From NCBI RefSeq assembly GCF_009914755.1, contig NC_060940.1: 64,000 nucleotides of DNA; one strand, given 5' to 3'. This document shows, one piece after another, positions 1 to 18,489 of the stretch. The stretch is from the human T2T-CHM13v2.0 reference genome, Homo sapiens. Both the position numbers and the translations under genes were made by a program. Numbering within the stretch: the first letter of the stretch is position 1; every line of letters starts with the position of its first letter. The notes under the pieces are model-generated. The model was not told the origin of the DNA. It saw only the letters and a program-made list of their open reading frames with translations, and did not search any database.

Positions 1-131
1 TGAGCCCCAGTACTCTGCGCAGTTCCTGGGGTGGATGGGAGACAGGAGTTATTGGTTTTTCGGGATTAAGGACATAAAGCCCATCCTAGCCTCTACAGAT
101 AGAAGTAAGATTAGGCTTCATGGTGCCCTGA

Positions 132-932
<801 letters not shown>

Positions 933-3112
933 TGTCCGGACAGCCCTGCTCGAAGATATAGAAAGAGTGACCTGCACAAACTTGGAATTTTTTTTCCATA
1001 CAACCCTGACCCATTTACTGTATTTTTTTTAATGAAATATGTGAATGATAATAAAAGTTGCTGACTTAATGCTGGCTCTGGTTTTCTTTGTGTGCCTTGG
1101 AAATAAGGGACCCCATACCCAACAGAGCTGGGATGGTGGATTGCATTGAGAGTCCAGAGACCTGGGTGCTGGGACCTTGTGCTATTATCTTACACACTGA
1201 GTGCCTTAAGGCAAATCAGGTACCTGCCTCAGGTCAGTTTCTTAAATAAAAATGTAAGAGCGTGATGACAGATGATATAATGCCACAGGAATCTGTCACA
1301 GACTTAAGCTTTGGTAAGATAAAATCTATTAGTATGACAAAAAAAAACACCAAATCCATTTTTTATATTGAACAGGACAATTTCAGTAAATATATGGAAG
1401 ACAAGATAGGAAAAATAAAATTACACTACACATTTGTTCTAGGATGTATATTTCAGACTGGAAACAGTTCACAGACTGGCCCCAGTATGTGGGTCACACA
1501 CCTTCAACACCACCAGCCAGGACATCCCCACATGGAACCATCAGTCTTGGCCTGTCCAGGGTCACTGATGTGACTCTTGGTATCTCTGAGAGCTCCATGT
1601 TGTGACTTGTCTCTGAATCTTCGGAAGTTTCTCCCTAGGTCATGCTGAAATCCGTTCCTCCTTCAAGTCCAGCCCTTGGTTAATTCAGGCAAGCAAAGTG
1701 ACTGGGGGAGTGGAGGAAATTACCCAGGATCCTCCCAGCAAGCTGGAGTACAGAGAAGGATTAGTTCCAGATGAAGTACTTTGAGTCCGCCTATGCGGAG
1801 GTGATGGCATATTATGCAGTTTCTAAAGTGTGGTGGTTTCATTAGGAAGGAGTAGGGGGCCCCAGGTAACTTGTAATTAATGGCAGCAATTAGTTCCTCT
1901 GGCTATTTGTTGCGGGAATTGCTATCTGATGTTCAAAGAAGAAAAGGGGTCAAGCGGGCCAGGAATCAGGACCATGCTGGCCTGCAGGTACTCCTTTTGA
2001 AGAGAGGGTTCCAGAAGGCAGGCTGTGCAAAAAGCATGGGGTTCAGGGTCAGGGCAGTCTTGTTTAACTGCCCACTTCACCACCTACTGGCTGTGAGACC
2101 TAGGCAGGTTGCTCAACCTCTCTGAGCCTCCATTTCTTCCTTTGTAGAACTGTCTGTCACAATTCAGAGCTAGAAGGGACCTTGGTTAGTTAGTGCAGCT
2201 GTGCCTCTGATGGGTGAGATGGCATGTTGAGGCTGAGAGGTCACAGAGCTATGCAGAGGGATTGACTGCTAGCTCAGTGTCCTTCCCACTGCTGTCTCTG
2301 TGCCAGATTTTCAGTGTCCTTGGGTTTTACATGACACAGTAGCATAGGGTGGTTGTTGAGGGCACCATGATGCAGTCAGCATGCATGAGTGCAAATCCCA
2401 GCTGCGTCACTTATATGTGGGTGACGCAACCTTTCTGTGGCTCAGTCTCCTCAACTGTGAATTGACATAATAATAGAGTCTGCTGGTAGGAGCAAATCAC
2501 TTAAAACATGTGAAGAACTTAAAATGGTGCCTGGCTTGTGCTGACTAGTCTGTAATAGCTTTGATTTTAATCTTTATTCATAGCATAGGGATATTTTTCT
2601 ACCTCTAGACAAATAAGCCAGGCCTGGTGGGCTTAGCTGTGTGTCCCATGTTGTTCTCATCAATAACAGGAGCACGTGACTTGTGGCCCAGAGAGGGTCC
2701 TCCACTAGTCCACAAATAAGGATCCATATTGGATATATAAAGCCACGAGCAAGACAGTCCCTGTCTGCATAACAAATGCAAAAGGATTCCTGCCATTTCT
2801 GCTATCGCCTGCGCTGTTATTTTCCTTAACATTTTCTCTTAAGTAATCATATTTCTTTAATATATTTATAGGAAAAGCAAACTCCTTGACACTACTGAGA
2901 AAAAGAATCAGTCACACTTGCAGATATGGAAGGTAGCCATAAAATTACATATACATCCCTTCTGTCACTTCCAGAATTGACCTGGACGTTTGTTTATGTT
3001 TAAAGATTTCAAGCAGTAAAGAGGTGCTGAAGACATACCCAGGCCAAAGGGAAAGTTTGCCCTTGACCTCTTTCCCTTGAAAAGCTGACTGGATTGAGAC
3101 CCACAGTACCAC

Positions 3113-3670
3113 TGTTACCGGTGCAGGGTGTCCAGGTTCTTAGTACCTTGAACAAAGAATTTGACAAAATGTACAAAGTAAGGGAGGGAGGAAGCAACAA
3201 AAGCGGAGGTTTATTGAAAACAAAAGTATACTGCACAGGGTGGGAGCTGGCCCCAGCGAGTGGCTCAAGGGCCTGGTTATAGAATTTTCTATGGTTTAAA
3301 TATCCTCTAGAGGTTTCTCATTGGTTACTTAGTGTACACGCTATGTACAAGAAGTAGTGGTCCGCTATCAGTCTGACTGATTGCAGAAAGCAACCAATTA
3401 GAAGCTGAAGTGAAGTTACAAAGTTACTCCTGTGCAAATGAAGATGTAGCCCAAGACCAGCCCAACTGGTTGCCATAAGGGGCAAATCAGAGGTACTTTC
3501 AATTTCTCATCTCCCATGCAGACAAAGTGGGGAGGGGTTGCAAACGAAGTAGCCTCTGGTCCTTTTGTTACTTGGGTGTGGAAAGTTGGGGTTTTCCTTT
3601 TGGTTTAGTTCTAGAAAGACTGTGAATCAGCCTTAGGTTCACTGCCTCCAGAATCTATTCTCTTGCCTCA
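3113..3670 (-). mobile_element. MER51-family solo LTR
   Basis: TG...CA ends; reverse complement starts TGAGGCAAGAGAATAGATTCTGGAGGCAG, resembling MER51. 4-bp TSD ccac/gcac. Empty site at the paralogous position ~8205-8220. Confidence 0.8.
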
Positions 3671-4169
3671 GCACTTCCACCCTCTGTTCCGGGCTAGTTA
3701 CCTATCTCCTTGTGTTGTCGTTGTCTGATTAGTAAGATGCTGTCATAAAGAGTATTATCCTCGAGGGTTGCTGAGAGGGTTCAAATAGCCAAAGTGACTA
3801 AACAGGGTCTGGCCAAGACCAAAAGCTCGGCAATAGTCAGGAATTCTGAAAGTGAAATAAGCACTTTTCATGCTTCCTAATTTAATGTAGGGTCACCACA
3901 TCAGGGAAAAGATCCCTCCCTTGGTGACGTCCCAAGCTTTGGATGTCCTTAGTCCTGGTGGGCCAGCTAGGCTGTGGGAAGCCCAAAAGAAGTTAAAGCA
4001 AAAGAGGACTTAAGCAAATATGCACATCGCCCCCTCAGGAGTGGAGAATGGAAGGGAGGGAGGCAGAGCCCTGTATCTGGCCTGTTGCTGTGTGCTGTGA
4101 AAAGGAAAAATGAGGCCAAAGGACCTGGGTGACTATGCAGGTGGGTCGAAGATCACATGGGAGGCTGGT

Positions 4170-4620
4170 CCTCTGCACACAACTCCCTCGCTGCGCTTCC
4201 CGCCTCGGTCTTATCTGGGGACGTGAGCACTAGGCTGGGGTAGCACATGGACTCCCACAGAGGCGAAGCTCACGTCACTGGTGCGGGGTGCGGGGGTGGG
4301 GATACCGCGACCACCTGAGGCTGGGTTCCCGGACCGCCCAAGGGCAGGAATGGAGTGCAATCTCCGGGAAATTCGGGAGGGCCGGGATTATAGCAGGGAC
4401 GCCGCGTACCGCCAGGAGCACAGCCCCTCCAAAGCGAGCGTGAGCCAAAGGGCCGCCCCCAGGGTGCGCAACAGCCACGTTAAGGAGGATCCTGCGCCCG
4501 GCCCGCCTGGTGCGCACAGCCCCGCCCTGAACCCTGGGCAGCGCTGACACTGAGCTGGGCTGGTGCGAGACCTGGGGCGGGGCCACTGCACCCAGCACCC
4601 TGCCCTGACTGTAAAGTCAG
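4170..4620 (+). promoter_or_regulatory. MT1DP CpG-rich promoter
   Basis: MRE cores (TGCRCNC) at 4174, 4464(rev), 4493, 4511, 4587; GC box; degenerate TATA TGTAAA at 4610-4615. Confidence 0.8.
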
Positions 4621-4704
4621 GCGGCCTGCTCCTGTTCCGCCTCCTACCGGCCCGCCTGTTTTTTCGCCTGTGGCTTAGGAACTCCAGCCTCACCTGATCT
4701 CTGA

Positions 4705-5745
<1,041 letters not shown>

Positions 5746-6449
5746 AAAGGGGCATTGGAGAAGTGCAGCTGCCGTGCCTGATGTTGGGACAGCCCTGCGT
5801 CCAGTTGTAAATAACGCAACCCCTACAAATCTAGTTTTTTTTTAAACACAAACCTAACCCATTTACTATGTCTGTTTTCTTAAATGAAATATGGGAATGA
5901 TAATAAACATTGTTGGCCTTATTCTGCCTCTGGTTTTTTTGAGGGGGTGTCCTGAAATAAGACACCTCAGACCCAGCAGAGCTGGGATCATCCTTTATGC
6001 TGAGTGCCTTAAGGCAAGTCGGGTCACCTGTCTCAGGTCCGTTTCCTAGCTAAAAATGTAAGAGCATCAGGCCAGATGATATGAGGGCACAGGAATCAGT
6101 CATGGACCTATGCTTTGGTGAGATAAATAGAATGAATAAGTATGAAAAATAAAAATACAAAGTTATTTCTTATATTCAACAAAGAAATCTCAAAACAGAT
6201 GTGAAGAACAAAATAACAGGAAAAATAAAATACTAACGCTGCACATCTGTTGTAAGGTGCAGTGACGTTCAGTATGAAGGAGGAAGGCCCTGGGTGTCTT
6301 GTACTTCATGGCAACTGTTAGTTATCTGGCTATTTGGTGAGGGAATTGCTATTTGATATTCAAAGAGGAAGAGGAGTCACATGGCCCAAGACTAAGCATC
6401 ATGCTGGCCTAAAGGTGCTTTGTGAAGAGGGGATTTCAGAAGGTAGCCT

Positions 6450-6608
6450 GGCCAGGTACAGTGGCTCACACCACTTCAGTGGCTCACGTCATGCTCTGCT
6501 CAAGCCAAGGCAGGAGAATTGCCTGAGGCCAGAAGTTGGAGACCAGCCTGGGTAACACAGTAAGAACCTCTCTCTATGTAAAACAAAAAATTAAAATAAA
6601 ACAAGAAG
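6450..6608 (+). mobile_element. Alu left monomer (FLAM/AluJ-like)
   Basis: Monomeric Alu similarity, A-rich tail, TSD-like agaaggtagcctgg/agaaagcagcctgg. Confidence 0.7.
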
Positions 6609-8699
6609 AGAAAGCAGCCTGGGCAAAGTGCAGGCATTTTGGTGTCACACAAGCAGGTTCACAGCCCACTTCATCCCTTACTGGCTGTGTGACCTGGGCA
6701 AGGTGCTTAATCTCTCTGAGGCTTTATTTACTCATTTGTAGAAAGAAGATTATATATCTACATTGGGATGAAATGTGATAGTGGCCTAGCACCTGGTTAG
6801 GACTCAATGAAGAGTGCTGTTATAATCATTTGTCCACATGGACTTTCCAGACAGAATCCTGTTAGATCCCATCAAGCTACTTGGGAAAGAGCCAGTTCCT
6901 TGGAAGCATGATTGTGGACTGGAAGTTGGGAATGGGTTTGGAGTCTTGCTGATCTGGTCTTAAGGATATGTGGATGACCTCCTGCACCAACTGTCCAGCA
7001 TAAGACACTGCTCCAGCATTTGGACAGAGAACAAGCCTTTCCCACCCTTCAAGTCACTTGATCTTCACACAAACCAGAGAGACAGTGTGTGCAGAGGCTG
7101 CCTATGCAGGGGAGCACTGTCCTCTAGAGTAGTTAACAACCTGCCCAAGGTCACACAACTCAGCACTACAGGTATAGATGAACTTAAGGTACAGCTGTCC
7201 TCATGCCCTCTCCAGAGCTGGCAGATCATTGTGTAAGTGGATGCTAAGCTCTGCCTGTCACAGTTTTTAGCTGGAAGGACCCTTGGTTAGTTGACTCCAT
7301 TGTGCCCTGACTGGATAGATGGCACACGGATGCTCAGGGAGGTTAAGAGCTATGAAGAAAGATTGACTGCCCGCTTGTTACTCTTCCCTCTGCTGTCCCT
7401 GTGCCAGGTTTTTCATGTCCTTGTGTTTTACATGAAGTAGTGACATAGGGTGGTGGTTGAAGGAATGATGTTGCATGAGTGTAAATTTCAGGTGTGTCAT
7501 TTATACCAGGGTGAAACAACCTCTCTGTGGTTCAGGCTCCTACTCTGTTCCCTTGCATAATAACAGGGTCTGGCTGGTAGGAACAAATCACTTAATTCAT
7601 ATAGAGAACTTAATATAGCGTTTGGCATGTCTCAAGTAGTCTGTAATAGCTATGATTTTATTATCTTTATTCATAGCACAGGGACATTTTAGTACTTCCA
7701 GACAAATAAACCAGTCCTGGTGGGCTTAGCTGTATGTCCCATGTTGTTCCTAACAATAACATGAGCATATGACCTGTGGATCAGAGAGGGACCCCTACCC
7801 ATCCACAAATAGGGATCCACACTGCATATATAAAGCCACGAGCAAGATAGTCCCTGTCTGCATAACAGATGCAAAACGATTCTTGCCATTTCTGCCAACA
7901 CCTGCGCTGCTATTTTCCATAACATTTTCTTTTAAACAATCATATTTCCTTAATGTATTTATAGAAAAAGCAAACTCTTTGACAGTACTGAAAATAAGAA
8001 TCAGTCTCACCTTGCAGACATGGAAGGTAGCCGTACAATTATATATATCCCTCTGTATCACTTCTGTTGCTCTCCGGATTGACCTTGACATTTGTTTTTG
8101 TTTAAAGATTTCAAGCAATAAAGAGGTGCTGAAGACATAGCCAGGCCAAAGAGAAGTTGCATCATTGACCTCTTTGCCTTGAAAAGCTGAGTGGATTGAG
8201 ACCCGCGGCACCACTTCCACCCTCTGTCCTGGGCTAATTACTTATCTCCTTGTGTTGTCGTCTGATTAGTAAGATGCTGTCATAAAGAGTATTCCTCTTA
8301 AGGGTTGCTGTGAGGGTTCAAATAGACAAAGTGACTAAACAGGGTCTGGCTGAGACTAAAAGCGCTGTAACAGTTAAGAATTCTGAAAGTAATAACCATT
8401 TTTCATGCTTCTTAATTTAATGCAAGGGTGAGCACACCAGGGAAAAGATCCCTCCCTTGGGAACATTCCAAGTTTTGGGAAGCTCCATCCTTGGGCTTGG
8501 TGGGCCAGCGAGGCTGTGGGAAGCCCCAAGAAGTTAAAGCAAAAGAGGACTTGGACAAATGTGCCCATCACCTTCCCAGGAGTGGGGAATGGAAGGGAGG
8601 GAGGCAGGGTCGTGTGTCTGCTCTGTTGCTGTGAACAAGACAAACGTGGCCAAAGGACCTGGCTGGCAATGCAGGTGAGGCAAAGGTCACATGGGAGGC

Positions 8700-9135
8700 T
8701 TGTCCTCTGCACACAACTCCCTCGCTGCACTTCCCGCCTCAGTCCTATCTAGGGACATGAGCATTAGGCCGGGGTAGCACACAGACTCCCACAGAGGCGA
8801 AGCTCAGGTCATTGGTGCGGGGTGCTGGGCTGGGGACACCGTGACCACCTAAGGCTTGGTTCCTGGACCGCTCAGGGGCAGGAGTGGACTCCAATCCCCG
8901 GGAAATTCTGTAGGGCTGGGATTATAGCAGGGACGCCGCCTACCGCCAAAGCGAGCAGGAGTCAAAGGGCAGCCCCCAGGGTGCGCACTGGCAGCGCTAG
9001 GGAGGATCCTGCGGCGGGCCCGTCTGCTGCGCACAGCCCGGCCCTGAACCCTAGGGCGCCTCTGACACTGCGGGAGCGGGGGCCAGACTTGGGGCGGGGC
9101 CTCTGCGCCCGGCACCCCACCCTAACTACAAAGCC
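8700..9135 (+). promoter_or_regulatory. MT1CP promoter
   Basis: MRE cores at 8708, 8982, 9028, 9104; GC box; degenerate TATA TACAAA 9127-9132. Confidence 0.75.
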
Positions 9136-9226
9136 AGAGGTGGCTCCTGAGCTCTGTTCCCCCTCCCACCGGCTTGCCTGCTTCTTCGCCTCTGGCTTAG
9201 GTACTCCAGCCTCACCTGGTCTCCAG

Positions 9227-10493
<1,267 letters not shown>

Positions 10494-10824
10494 TGCTGGG
10501 ACAGCCCTGCTCACAGATGTAGAAAGAGTGACCTATATAAACTTGGAATTTTTTTCCATGCAACCATGACCCATTTACTGTATTTGTCTCTCTTTTATGA
10601 AATATGTGAATGATAATAAAAGTTGTTGACTTATTCTGGCTCTGGTTTTCTTTGTATGCATGGAAATAGTGGACCCCATACTCAAGAGAGCTGGTATGTG
10701 TGACTGCATTGAGAGTCCAGAGACCTGGGTGCTGGGACCATGCCCTATCATCTTACACCATGAGTGCCTTAAGGAAAACCAGGTTCCCTGTCTCAGATCA
10801 CTTTTTCAGCTCAAAAAGATTCCT

Positions 10825-11080
10825 TTAAGATTATAAAATGGTATTTTTACTGTACCTTTCTATGTTTAGCTACACAAATACTTACCATTGTGTTAAAATT
10901 GCATAATAGTGTATAGGTTTGAAGCCTAAGAACAATAGGCTAAAGCAGACAGCCAAGGTGTGTAGCAGCCAGTATCATCTAGGTGTGTGTGAGTACATTC
11001 TACAATGTTTGCACAATGACGAAATTGCCTAAAGACATATTTCTTAGAATGCATACCTCTCATTAAGTGACACATGACTG
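10825..11080 (+). mobile_element. Tigger3/Golem-type DNA transposon fragment
   Basis: gcctaagaacaataggcta...catttcttagaatg...catgactg followed by TA. Paralogous copy at ~41190-41506. Confidence 0.7.
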
Positions 11081-11200
11081 TAATAGGGTTGGACTCGTAG
11101 AGGCCAATGATTTAATGGATGTAAAGAACTCAGAATGGTGCCTTGTACATGACCAGTGGTCTATAATATTAACTACTATTTTGTTATTATTATTCACGGC

Positions 11201-11560
11201 TGCTATGGCCTGAATGCTTGTGTCCCTCCAATATTCATTTGTTGAAATCTAACTTTCACTCTGTTGCTTTTAAGAGGTGGTGCATTTGGGAAGTGACTAT
11301 GGCATGCAGGCAAAGCGCTCATGAATGGGATTAGTGCCTTAATAAGAGAGGCCTGAGGGAGCTTGTTTAACTCTTTCCACCATGTGAGGACCAGCAAGAA
11401 AGAGACATCCATGAGGAATGGGGCCCTCACAAGACTCCAAATATGCTGGTGCCTTGACCTTGGACTTCCATGACTCCAGAACTGAGAGAAATATATTTTT
11501 GCTGTTTTAAGTTACCCAGTTTAAGGTATCTGGTGGTAGCAGCCCAAATGGACTCAGACG
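11201..11560 (+). mobile_element. MLT1A-type MaLR solo LTR
   Basis: tgctatggcctgaatg...ctcatgaatgggattagtgcc...gcagcccaaatggactcagac. Same insertion at 41627-41984. Confidence 0.8.
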
Positions 11561-12599
11561 ATAGCATAGTTGACATTTTTACTCCAGACAAAAGAGCCAG
11601 GCCTGGTGTCCCTCCCTGTGTGTCCTCTGTCTTTCTCATCAGCCACATAAGCATTGACCTGTGGTCCTGACAGGGTCCTGCACTCTGCCACAAAATAAGG
11701 ATTCACACCAGAACTATAAAGCCATGAGCAAGACAGTCCCTGTCCCCATCACAGAAATGGAAAGACGCCTGCCAGTTCTGCTACCACCTGCACCAATATG
11801 TGACTCAACATTTTTCTTTTAAATGATTCCTATTTCCTTAGATATATTTATATGAAAAGCAAACTCATTAGCGCTACTGAAAAAAGAATCAATTTAACTT
11901 CCAGACATAGAAGGTTGCCATGAAATTCTCCTTATTCATACCCCTCTGCATCCCTGTTTTGCTTCCAGGACTGACCTTGATGCTTGGTTTTGTTTAAAGA
12001 TTTCAAACAGTAAAGAGACGAATATACCTAGGTCAGACGGAAGCTTCATCAGTGCCCTCTCTCCCTTGGGAAGCTGACAGGACTCAGACCCAGCAGTATC
12101 ATTTCCTAGCCCTCTGACCACGGGCTAGTGGCTTGAACTCCTTGTACTGTCATTGTCCAGATTAGGAATATGGGTTCATAAATAGAATGTGTGTCCCTTT
12201 TGGGTTGCTGTGAGGGTTCAAAGATTGAAAGTGATTAAACAGGGCCTAACATGGATTAATGTTATGTACAATAATAGGAATATGGAAGGAAATTGCTTTC
12301 TAATTTCATCCAGGATCTGCATGTCACCTTCAATGATCCCTCTTCTGGGGACATCCCACATTTTCCGAATGGCCATCCTGTCGTAGGGCGGCCAGCTAGG
12401 CTGTGGGGAGACCCTGGAGAGATTTATGCAAAGGAGGACCTGGACAAATATCCCCATTCAGCTTCTCAAGAGTGGAGAATGGAAGGGAGGGAGACAGAGC
12501 CCTGTGTCTCTGTCCTGTTGCTGTGCACAGGAGAAATGTGACTGAGGGACCGAGGTGGGGACATACTCAGGCAAGGTGGGAAATCCAAAGGTCACAGCC

Positions 12600-12845
12600 T
12601 CCACCAGTCCTTTGCACACAACTCTCTCCCTGTGCTCCCGCTGCTGCTGATCCTGAAAGTTGAACACGGGGCTGGGGTTGCACACGGTATCCAGGGAAGG
12701 TAACGATGATAACAGTCCTGAGTCAGGCCAGGTCACTGCTCATGGCCCAGGCATGGACCACGGGCAGTGCAGACTCAGCAGGGGTGAGTGCAAGGGCCAG
12801 GGCGGGGCCTCTGCACCCCACCACCTCCCCCGACTATAAAGGGAG
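12600..12845 (+). promoter_or_regulatory. MT1B promoter
   Basis: MRE cores 12613, 12679, 12786(rev), 12812; GC box; TATAAA 12835-12840. Shorter and CpG-poorer than paralogues. Confidence 0.8.
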
Positions 12846-12932
12846 CAGCCAGCTCCTGGGCTCCATCACACCTTCCTCCTGCCCTGACTTCTCATATCTT
12901 GCCTAGGAACTCCAGGCTTGTCTTGGCTCCAA

Positions 12933-14044
<1,112 letters not shown>

Positions 14045-14908
14045 TGTTGGGAGAGCCCTGCTCCCAGACATAAATAGAGCAACCAGTACTAACCTGGATT
14101 TTTTTTTTTAACTACCCTGACCGGTTTGCTACATTCTTTTTTCTATTCAATATGTGAAAGACAATAAAACACTTTTGACTTGATTCTGACTCTCCTTTTC
14201 CTTTCTGTGGCTTGGAAATAACAGTTGGAGTGGGGGATTGAACTGGGAATTTAAAGACCTGGTTCTGGATGGAAATGTGAGCCCCTATAGTCTGAATACC
14301 TTCAGGCAAGCCCGGTTACCTCCCTGAGCTCCATCTTCTGTAAAATGGAACTGCACTGTGTGGGATCACATGACGGGGTTGGGGGGACATGCATGATCGC
14401 CTCGGGTCATGTCAAATGTGCAAATGTGGCAGAGAAACTTCTCCATTTCTCATTTTTATTTTCTGATTTCCCTGCTCAGCTTCAGTCCCTCATCAGATTT
14501 TAGGCTTGAAAGTGATGACGGGGTGGAATCCAACTCCTCAGTTGCTTGAGCTCTACACGGGGCTTCTCGAACTCCACAGTGAAGAAACATTTTCTAATTC
14601 CAATCCATCCCAGGCCTAAACCTTTGTAAATAAAATAATATTAATTACAGATATAATGAAATCAAACACAAAATACAGAAACCATTTTAAGATTCAACAG
14701 GAAACATTTCAATAAGTATACACAGAAATAACAGGAAAATGAGAGATTCACAAACTTTGCCCATATTTTGCTTATGTGCATTGCAGACTGGAATCAGCAG
14801 ACTGGTCCCAGGGTGTGGCTCACACACCTTGAGCAGCACTGCCCAGCACGTCCCCACAGGAACCATCAGGCTTGGCCTGCCTAGTGTCACTGACAGGACA
14901 CTCACTGA

Positions 14909-15242
<334 letters not shown>

Positions 15243-15821
15243 GGCTCTGAATCTTTGCAAGCTCCACCCAAGCTCAAGCTGAATTTGTTCCTCTTTCTAA
15301 ATTCCAGCCTTTGCCTACTTCAAAACATCAAAGCGACTGGAGATGTGGAGGGAAATGCCCAGCATGTTCCCAGCAGGGTGCAGTGTGTGTCATCGTGGGT
15401 TGCAGAAGAAGTTCTTCGTGTCTGCCCATGCAGGGGTGATGGAGGACTCTGCGGTTTGGAGGGTGTGGTGGTGCTCATTAAGGAGTGAGTCCCTGGCTGA
15501 TTTATAATAAAAGCCAACAATTAGTCCCCCTGGCTCTGTGGAGGGAATGCTATTTGATGTTCAATCAAAAAGGAAAATGAATTTCCTGGCCTAGAGATCA
15601 GGACCATGCTTACCCACTGCTTCCCTGTGAAGAGGAGATTTCAGAGGGCAGCCTGAGCCTAGGACATGGATTTTCGTGTCAGGCAGTCCTGGTTCACAGC
15701 CTGCTTCACCGCCAAAAAAAAAGTAAGATTCTCATCTCTGAAAGAAAAAAGAAAAAAAGAAGAAAAAGTTAAAAATAAATAAATAATGAGGCTTATGATT
15801 ATTCTCTCTACACTCACTTTC

Positions 15822-16138
<317 letters not shown>

Positions 16139-17457
16139 TACACTACTTTCTTAGACAAATTCTGTTAAATCCCAACGACCTCCTGGAGAAAGGCTCATAG
16201 GTTTGGAAGCATTACTCTGGATTAGATGCTGGGAATGAGATTGCAGCCTGGTGATCCTGCCGGGAGGAATGTGGTATTGGATAAGATGCTGCTGCTTGGC
16301 ATTTGTACAGACACAAAAGCCTTTCTCAGCCTTCATATCACTGGATCTTCACAGAACCTTGGGAATGAGAGCCACAGGCCTCAGAACCAGGACAGCAAAT
16401 ATGCAGGGCCTGGAGTGCCTGTGCTGTCTTCCAGAGTAGTTAATCAACCTGCCTAAGACCATGGAGCTCAGAAGTGAAGGGATGCATGAACCTATGTTAC
16501 CCCTGGCCTGTTGTCCTGGTCACAGCTGGCAGAGCATGATCTGCTAATCACTGGATGCTATACTCTGTCTACCGTGGTTCAAATCTATAAAGATGCTTCG
16601 GGATAGACCGATTTTGCACTTGGCTTAAGAGATGAGCATTGAAGCCCAGAGAGGTCACAGAGCTGTGGAGGGGGAAAGTGACTGCCAACTGAATGTGCTT
16701 CCCACGGCTGCCTTTGGGCCAGATTTTCCGTGTCCTCATCTTTCTTGCAACTTGGTAGCATAGAGTGGTGGGTGAGGGCATGATGCTGTCATTAGCATGC
16801 ATGAATGCAAATCCCGCCTCTGTCACTTTAGCTGTGCCTTGCAACCTCTCTGTGTCTCAGTCTCCTCCCCTGTAAAAGGTGCATAATAATGGCATCTGGC
16901 ATGTAGGATTAAATAATTTAATACATGTAAGAAACTTGGAATGATGCCTGGCAAGTGGTGAGTAGTCTATAATATTAGCTATTGCTTCTTTAAAACAATC
17001 AATACACATAGCATAGGGGATATTTGTTCATTCACAGACAGAGCAGCCAGGCCTGGAATGCCTAGCTGTGTATGCTGTCATTGTCATCTACCACTCAAAC
17101 ACGGGTCCTGTGGACCTGAGAGTTATTCACTGTTCCCACAAAAATGTCATCAACACAGGGTTAAAAAGCTATGAGCAAGATGCTGTGCCTCATGTCACAA
17201 ATAGAATGACAGCCATTTCTGCTGCCATGTGCACATTTTATTTATCATTTCACATTGAAATGATTAATACTTTCTTAAATATATTTTTATGAAAGCAAAC
17301 TCTCTTCCACCACCAAAAATGAAAATCAGTCTTATCCATATGTAGAAGATAGCCAGAAAAGTATATATGTGTGCATGTGTATGTATGTATATATATATGC
17401 TTATTACACTTATGGATTGCTTTTGTCATTGCCCATGGTTGAGCTGGCGACTTTGTC

Positions 17458-17733
17458 ATTATTATTATTATTATTACTATTTTGAGACAGAGTCTCTCTC
17501 TGTCACCCAGGCTCGAGTGCAGTGGCACAATTTTGGCTCACTGCAACCTCAGCCTCCCAAGTAGCTGGGATTACAGGCTCGTGCCACCACGCCTGGCTAA
17601 TTTTTGTATTTTTAGTAGAGATGGGGTTTTGCCATGTTGGCCAGGCTGGTCTTGAACTTCTGGCCTGCAGTGATCTGCCCACCTCAGCCTCCCAAAGTGC
17701 TGGGATTACAGGCGTGAGCCACGGTGCCCGGCC
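17458..17733 (-). mobile_element. AluS with (ATT)n tail and ~30-nt internal deletion
   Basis: Alu consensus match; TSD-like gactttgtcattatt/gacttgttattatt. Confidence 0.85.
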
Positions 17734-18074
17734 TGACTTGTTATTATTTAAAAGATTTCAAGCCATAGGGAAGTCCAGCAATAGAGAAGACATAGCTGGG
17801 CCTTATTTCAGAGAATTTCTCCTGAGAGGCTGGCTGGATTCAAATCAGTGCACAGCTTTTTAGCTCTGTGACGATGAGCACGTTGCTTGAACTTTCTTTG
17901 TTGTAGGTGTCCATTTATTAATATGGGTTCATGCGTAGTATTTCCCTTTACAATTGTTGTAAAGGTTCAAACAATAAAAATGATTAAAAGGAGACTGGCA
18001 CAGACTCAACCTTAAGCAATTGCTAGTAATATTGAAGGGAATTAACCACTTGTCTTTCTTACTTCTTATGTTAA

Positions 18075-18102
18075 GTTTTTCTTTTTCTTTTTCTTTTCTT
18101 TC

Positions 18103-18136
<34 letters not shown>

Positions 18137-18211
18137 GAGAGGGAGTTTCACTCTTGTTGCCCAGGATGGAGTGCAAAAATGGTGCGATCTCGGCTCACCG
18201 CAAACTCCGCC
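18075..18211 (-). mobile_element. 5'-truncated Alu (3' end plus long poly-T)
   Basis: poly-T then gagagggagtttcactcttgttgcccagg...ctccgcct. Confidence 0.8.
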
Positions 18212-18489
18212 TTCAGTGATCTCGCTTCTGGGGGCATCCCATATTTTCCAAACTGCCATCCTATAGTGGGGTGCCCGTCGAGGCTGTGGGGAGACCCCGG
18301 AGAGATTTATGCAAAGGAGGACCCAGACAAATGTGCCCATTCAGCCTCTCAAGAGTGAAGAATGGAAGAGAGGGGGGCAGAGCCCTGTGTCTTCCGTGTT
18401 GCTGTGCGCAGGAGAAACATGGCCAAAGGACTGAGGTGGGGTGACAGGGACAGGCAATGCTAGAGATCCGAAGGTCACATCCTCGGCCT

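Noticed and set aside
11427-11693. Similar ORFs at 11427-11693 and 41791-42177 suggesting a conserved small protein
   Set aside because: Explained by segmental duplication overlapping an MLT1 LTR; starts and ends differ between copies.
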